From the NCBI GenBank assembly GCA_030704615.1, contig JAKLZA010000163.1:1-14000 (forward strand): a stretch of DNA of 14,000 nt. Direction: 5' to 3'. Numbering within the stretch: position 1 is the first letter of the stretch; the number at the start of each line of letters is the position of its first letter. Below are positions 9,584 through 14,000 of this stretch, in pieces. This stretch comes from Takakia lepidozioides (taxonomy: Eukaryota > Plantae > Bryophyta). Under the pieces are notes generated by a model, which searched no databases, was not told where the DNA came from, and saw only the letters and a program-made list of their open reading frames with translations. A program made the position numbers and the translations under genes.

Positions 9584-11909
9584 TTGGCGAGAGGCAACAT
9601 GCGTGAGGCTGTGCAGGAAGCACACGACATCATAAAAGAGGAGGTGAAATTGAGCCCCGGAGCCAGACCAAAGCAGATTCAGCTGAAGGCAGCCCACAAG
9701 ATTGCTCTTGGCAAAATCATGTCTGAAGATGGTTCCGACCGAGAGCCCTTGACCGAAGACGAGATGCGTGACCTCTTGGAGTCCGTCTCGCACGTTTGTA
9801 GTCCGAATGTGCGGAATCACATCGTATCTTGCAAGCAGGAGTTCGGCAGGGGGTCGGACATGTACTCAATCCTGGAGGTGAAACGAATGACTGGATATGA
9901 CTACATCCAAGGTAGCAGGTTTCCAGGGCAAGGCAGCGAATCCGATCGTTGTTACATTTTCAAAATGTCGACGTGTGGGCCTGGGAGTGGAGTCGACTTG
10001 GTCTCATGACAACTGGAAACTTGTCGATGCTTGGGTGATGTTTGATCACATCAAGCGAATTACAAACCATCAGTGGGTGACTATGGGTGCGCATGTTTAT
10101 GACTATCACTCCAAGAGGCTCATGACGATTGCAATCTGCGAGATGAAAGGGGAGGACACACAGTCCGAGATGCATCTGTGGGAGGGCATAAACGAGCAGA
10201 TGGCAAGGGCGGGATTGCCAGAGCCCAATTTCAGGGGATTCATGGCAGACAACGCTCAGGCCAACTGGGCAGCGGTGCGGCGTGTGTACGGTGAGGACCC
10301 CAATGTTCCAATGGAGGGGAAAGAGAGATCCTGTGGATTCCATTGGATGCAGAGTCTATCCCACTACACTACCAAATTTGTTGCTAGCTCATTCCAGGCT
10401 GAACACCGTGTCCTTTGTACGGCGTGGAAGGATGCACCCACATTTGATGACGCGGAGGTTAAGTTTGCTATCATCGAGGCTTGGTGGAACACGTCAGGTG
10501 CAGTGGAGACAACCAATCTGGGAGCATTGCACAGCTGGTTGGGGTGGTGGCATTTTCGGTATCGACAGTTCGGACAGTACATGCGGGAGGTAGGCTGCTG
10601 TCAATTTCGTTCATTTGTCTTTCTGTTACGGACATTTCGATTGGTCCCTCACCATTGTTTGTGTCCTTCTAGGAGCGGTGCTTGGATTCCGACACGGACA
10701 TGCCGAACACGAATATGGCAGAATCGGTCCACTCCTCCTGGCGAGCGTCTTCTGCCGCACATCTGGTGGACGTAGTGACGGCCACAACGGAGGACATCGA
10801 CAGAGCAATCATGCAGCAAGCCACGTACTACAAGTTCCTGAGCGGCAAACAATGGGGCTTTGGGCCGGACAGGGAGGAATTGTTGGTACGAACAGCTTCG
10901 AGGTCCAAGAATCCAGTGAAATGGGCGACAGCATTGCGAGAGAAGATCAAAGGGACGCCTCTGCACCGCAGAGGTGAACACCTAGAGGGGGACGTCCGGA
11001 CTCGCCCTGTCAGGCGGAGGATTGAAGAGGAACCCGGGCGAAGATTCCTGGAGAGATCCGACAGGAACATTCGGACAGCACCTCGAGGTCCCGTCATGTT
11101 GCCGCACAATGTGTCTTCCAGCAGTGGAAGCCCAAGAAATTCCAGATCGCCGTCGCCTTCAACCGGGGATTTCGTGCAAAATTCCCACCGCTCCCTTGCC
11201 CCACATTCCGCCCGCTGTTATGCAGTATGGCCAAGCCATTGTGGAGACGACTGTGTCTGCCTCACAGTGGAGAATTGCTCGCACAAAGCCGTCGTTTCGA
11301 GGAAGGTGTTCCGCAATTCGTGTGGATACACGGCAACGTTGTTTAGAGATGATAAGGAGGAATCCAGATGGGGCTGTCCCTGCTCCTACTTTTACAGGAA
11401 GATTTGTCCATGCAAAGTTTGCGGAGGCGACAACCACCCAGTTCTGGTTCTGCAGGCACGACATTATGACTTGCGTGTATGGAAAGCCCAAGTACGGCAT
11501 ACAACAATGCCAGAGGCTCCCCCGGTGTGGCCGGTGGAACCAGGCTGCGATCTGAGTCAGGTTGAGGCCGACGCCCTTACCGCCGCAGGATTTCGGATGG
11601 TGCAGCGCACTGACGTCCCAGACAACCATTTCCGCTTCCACAGCTCCACCACCGACCCCTGTGAGAGCAAGAACAATGGGACACGACAGCTCTAAGCATC
11701 CTACACACCGTTGGGGAAACCGAAGAGGCGGCGACCTCCCTCAAAAGTGAACGAGACAAGGATGGGGAATGCACTTCGGATGAACTGTACAATTCCAGAG
11801 CTCGACAGAAGTGCCCCCACCAGGATTCGGGCGTGTGTATCAGATGGCCACGGCGGGCTCAGCTGTTCGCAATGAGGTGTACACCATCACCATTTCAGAA
11901 TTACCCACC

Positions 11910-11972
11910 TGCAATTGCACCGACTTCCAGATCATGGCGAACAAGGGGGCATCATACTGCCCTTGCAAGCAT
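11910..11972 (+). other. SWIM zinc finger
   Basis: YTITISELPTCNCTDFQIMANKGASYCPCKHLYYV matches CxCx(n)CxH preceded by the Y.V/I.I strand. Confidence 0.85.
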
Positions 11973-12341
11973 TTGTACTACGTGTACCTAAAGAGACTCC
12001 GTTGTAATTCCACAACTCATCACTTCATACATGCACCAGGGTTGAGCCCCCAGGAGGTTCACACTCTTCTGAATATGGATCCAGGGACCAGTGAGCTTGG
12101 CTTGCGGTCCACATACAATGGTACGCCCTTTTCGGATAGTAGAACTGTACTGCTGCCAGTACCTCAGACTCTGGCCACAGAAAGGTCCGACATATGTCTT
12201 GCCTACCAGTAACCTGTTTTGATCGAACTAAGATATTACTATATCGTTCACTTGTTTCCACGTGCATGTATTTTTGTATGTTGGAGGGTTCATGTTTTTC
12301 TGCTTTCCGAAAACTTGCTTTCCTCATTCGACCTCCGACAA

Positions 12342-12458
12342 GGAAATGCGGCGCCGAATTCCAAGTATCGTCGTAGGTACCCCCAGAGGCGGCCTTCGCC
12401 AACACCAAACCGCTCCGAAATTTCGCACGTGCGAACCCTAATGCGGCACCCTATTTCC
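12342..12458. repeat. Right-side degenerate palindrome copies
   Basis: GGAAATGCGGCGCCGAATTCC at 12342 and AATGCGGCACCCTATTTCC at about 12440, with a half copy TGCCGCATTTCC at 12801. A different perfect palindrome, TTCGCACGTGCGAA, lies at 12422-12435. Confidence 0.75.
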
Positions 12459-12660
12459 CAGTTCAGTTGCAAACCTTTCCCGCGAATACCCGAAGAAGAC
12501 AGAATTGTGTGCAGACTGTATTGGTGCAGACTCCATTGGTTCAATCGCGGCAAAAGGGTCAGCTTCATTCCAATGTTAAGGCATGTAAAACCGCGGAATA
12601 CTCTATACAGGCCAGTATGCGACGTCCTTTTGCAGTGGTATACTGGATTTCCCGTTGCAC

Positions 12661-12930
12661 GGTCACTTATTTCCATGAGCGGATCTATAAAACCATGAGC
12701 GGACTTGTTACTGACGACATATCTTCGCCGCATTACATGATCTGGAACGTCCAAAACGGCAAGGTCAAATAAAAACTATTATTTTAATACTTGTTTAATC
12801 TGCCGCATTTCCAAATTTGGAGGAGTCCGCTCATGAAATCCGCGTATCTTAGACTTCGGCTCACCGCTCATGCGGCTCATGCGGTCATGGCTCATGGCTC
12901 ATGGTTTCTGCTCATGAAATAGTAAACCTC
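12661..12930. repeat. Putative right terminal region with (C/G)GCTCATG motif repeats and an internal imperfect inverted copy
   Basis: GCTCATG-like units are repeated across 12828-12917, and CATGAGCGG occurs in the opposite orientation at about 12674 and 12694. The reverse complement of the end (GAGGTTTACTATTTCATGAGCAGAAACCATGAGCC) resembles 12661-12702 (GGTCACTTATTTCCATGAGCGG...AAACCATGAGCGG). Confidence 0.6.
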
Positions 12931-14000
12931 CTATTTCGGAATGTTGTATTCAAGCCATTCCAGGTTAGGAAATGATTATCAGGGAATTCTTGCATACCAT
13001 CACTTGCTTTCTTGATAAGTGAACAAGGAAACAATCTCATCTTGGCATCCTCGCCATTCTCATTGTTCACAATACACATGTGCTCAAATTGGCTAATGTG
13101 TACATCGGGATCCCCTTTTCCTGAATATATCGGAAAAGGTGGTTTTGCCCGTGTTGTTTGTTACGCATCTGTGGCCCTACCCTCTGCCCACTGACAGATG
13201 CTGGCCCCTTGCTGGTGCTGTCCTTGAGGACCTGTTGTAGTTGTGGTGATCTCCACCAAGTGGCGGCCCCTGAGCACTCCCTGCTACTGGCCCCACGATA
13301 TTCACAGTATTCCCAGCTCCAGTTGCACTACTTCCCACTCTCTGTCCCCCCAGAGCCAGATCCAGGCTGCCCGCCTGATCCCCCTAAGCCGACACCTTTG
13401 TTGGCCTGTGATCCAAGTGCTCCACTTGATCCAGGTCCAACGGGTTGGGATGTCCTGGTTGTAGTCTCAACCTCAGCTGTTGGGTCTACTTCTCATACTC
13501 TTCCTCTTCAATTTCTTCTCTCTGTTTTCATCCTCCAGTTCGGCCCTTGGTTTTCTTCTTCACTCATGTACTCAACTGTAATGGTGTTGGAGAGTCTAAA
13601 TTCTCCGTTGGCTCTGCCACATCCTCTCTTCCTTCTTCACCTTACGTTTCAGAAATTGGAGTTTCTGCTTTTGGTGTTCCATGCCAACTCTTATCAAAGA
13701 TTTTTGTCAAATCTTTTATCCAGGGATGTACCTCAGATCTTTCACCTCGTGATTGATCTTCTTCCCGTACCATTCCCTTAATCTTTCTTGCAAAGAAAAA
13801 GAAGGAGTGGCATCCAACTCTAGTTCTTCCGGTATGGGTGATGTCTCTCTGATCTCAATGGTGTGAGAGGTCCAGATGATTCCCCTATGTCTATTCCTCT
13901 CTCCAAAAGATATGGATAATTAGCTTTCAGATAACTTTCTCTTTTTGCTGAATATCTCTCGAGTCTAGCTTCTCTTTCATCACTCATGTCCCATGTCTTT
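12931..14000 (-). mobile_element. Degenerate Ty3/Gypsy LTR-retrotransposon gag fragment, truncated by the MULE end
   Basis: The - strand at about 13151-12931 reads RAKPPFPIYSGKGDPDVHISQFEHMCIVNNENGEDAKMRLFPCSLIKKAS/fs/WYAR/fs/FPDNHFLTWNGLNTTFRN, the Retrotrans_gag pattern (Y.G..DP..H...F...LFP.SL...A..WY....TW..L...F). The upstream part is a stop-ridden, low-complexity E/G-rich region. Confidence 0.8.

Larger units (their letters stand above)
8501..12212 (+). pseudogene. Mutator/MULE-family transposase (GCM/WRKY-like DNA-binding domain, DDE core, SWIM Zn finger), frameshifted
   Basis: Pieces lie in ORFs 8285..8677, 8691..9524, 9338..10009, 9897..10775, 10682..11695, 11022..11555, 11562..11750 and 11811..12212. 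Catalytic residues: D (VMFDH, 10044), D (FMADN, 10248), CxxH (SCGFHW, 10332-10343) and E (PNTNMAESVH, 10721). One GT-AG intron at 10590-10672 (phase 0). SWIM CNC-x-CKH at 11910-11972. Apparent frameshifts near 8650, 9380, 10005, 10025, 11040-11190, 11505, 11630, 11715 and 11810. Start and end are approximate. Confidence 0.82.
1..12930. mobile_element. Large Mutator-like (MULE) DNA transposon carrying a transposase and a ParB-methyltransferase cargo gene; left terminus outside the window
   Basis: Contains a MULE-type DDE/SWIM transposase. The same 22-bp palindrome occurs from base 15 to about 12812 and not beyond. A repeat-rich end (...CTCATGAAATAGTAAACCTC at 12930) is followed abruptly by unrelated, CpG-poor Gypsy gag sequence. 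The left TIR and TSD are not visible, and the right junction is uncertain by about 10 bp. Confidence 0.8.

Noticed and set aside
8640-11830. Programmed ribosomal frameshifting in the transposase
   Set aside because: There are too many shifts, in both directions and without consistent slippery heptamers. Decay or sequencing indels are more parsimonious.
12219-12772. ORFs 12219..12698, 12290..12754 and 12467..12772
   Set aside because: No recognisable domain, and they overlap palindrome copies and the subterminal region. Most likely 3' UTR or subterminal DNA, although a small final transposase exon cannot be excluded.
13158-13781. 207-aa + strand ORF (and 13445..13756)
   Set aside because: Antisense to the purine-rich decayed gag region; its Leu/Pro/Ser-rich composition reflects that strand bias.

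Overview
Eukaryotic DNA, probably from a land plant (short GT-AG introns; the lineage is an inference). Bases 1 to about 12930 are most of a large Mutator/MULE-type DNA transposon, whose left end lies outside the window. Its right end abuts a decayed Ty3/Gypsy gag (12931-14000, - strand). The element has two divergent genes. (i) A + strand transposase (about 8501-12212) with a GCM/WRKY-like Zn domain, a D-D-CxxH-E core and a SWIM finger, broken by many 1-bp frameshifts. (ii) A - strand gene of 9 exons (5624-879, about 1306 aa, spliced by hand and open throughout) that fuses a ParB/Sulfiredoxin-like domain (FVWDGNHRLLA) to a beta-class N6A/N4C DNA methyltransferase fold (IILDIPD ... VLDLICGTG ... 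RHLFAYEED). Non-coding parts of the element carry roughly 45-50 copies of one 22-bp palindrome, GGAAATGCGGYRCCGCATTTCC. About 30 of them lie between the two genes in a mostly 53-bp-periodic repeat/spacer array, and single copies sit in three introns of the ParB-MTase gene. Candidate novel system: a transposon-encoded ParB-methyltransferase plus parS-like palindrome arrays that could mark or protect the element itself. All coordinates and counts were read by eye, and no database searches were run.
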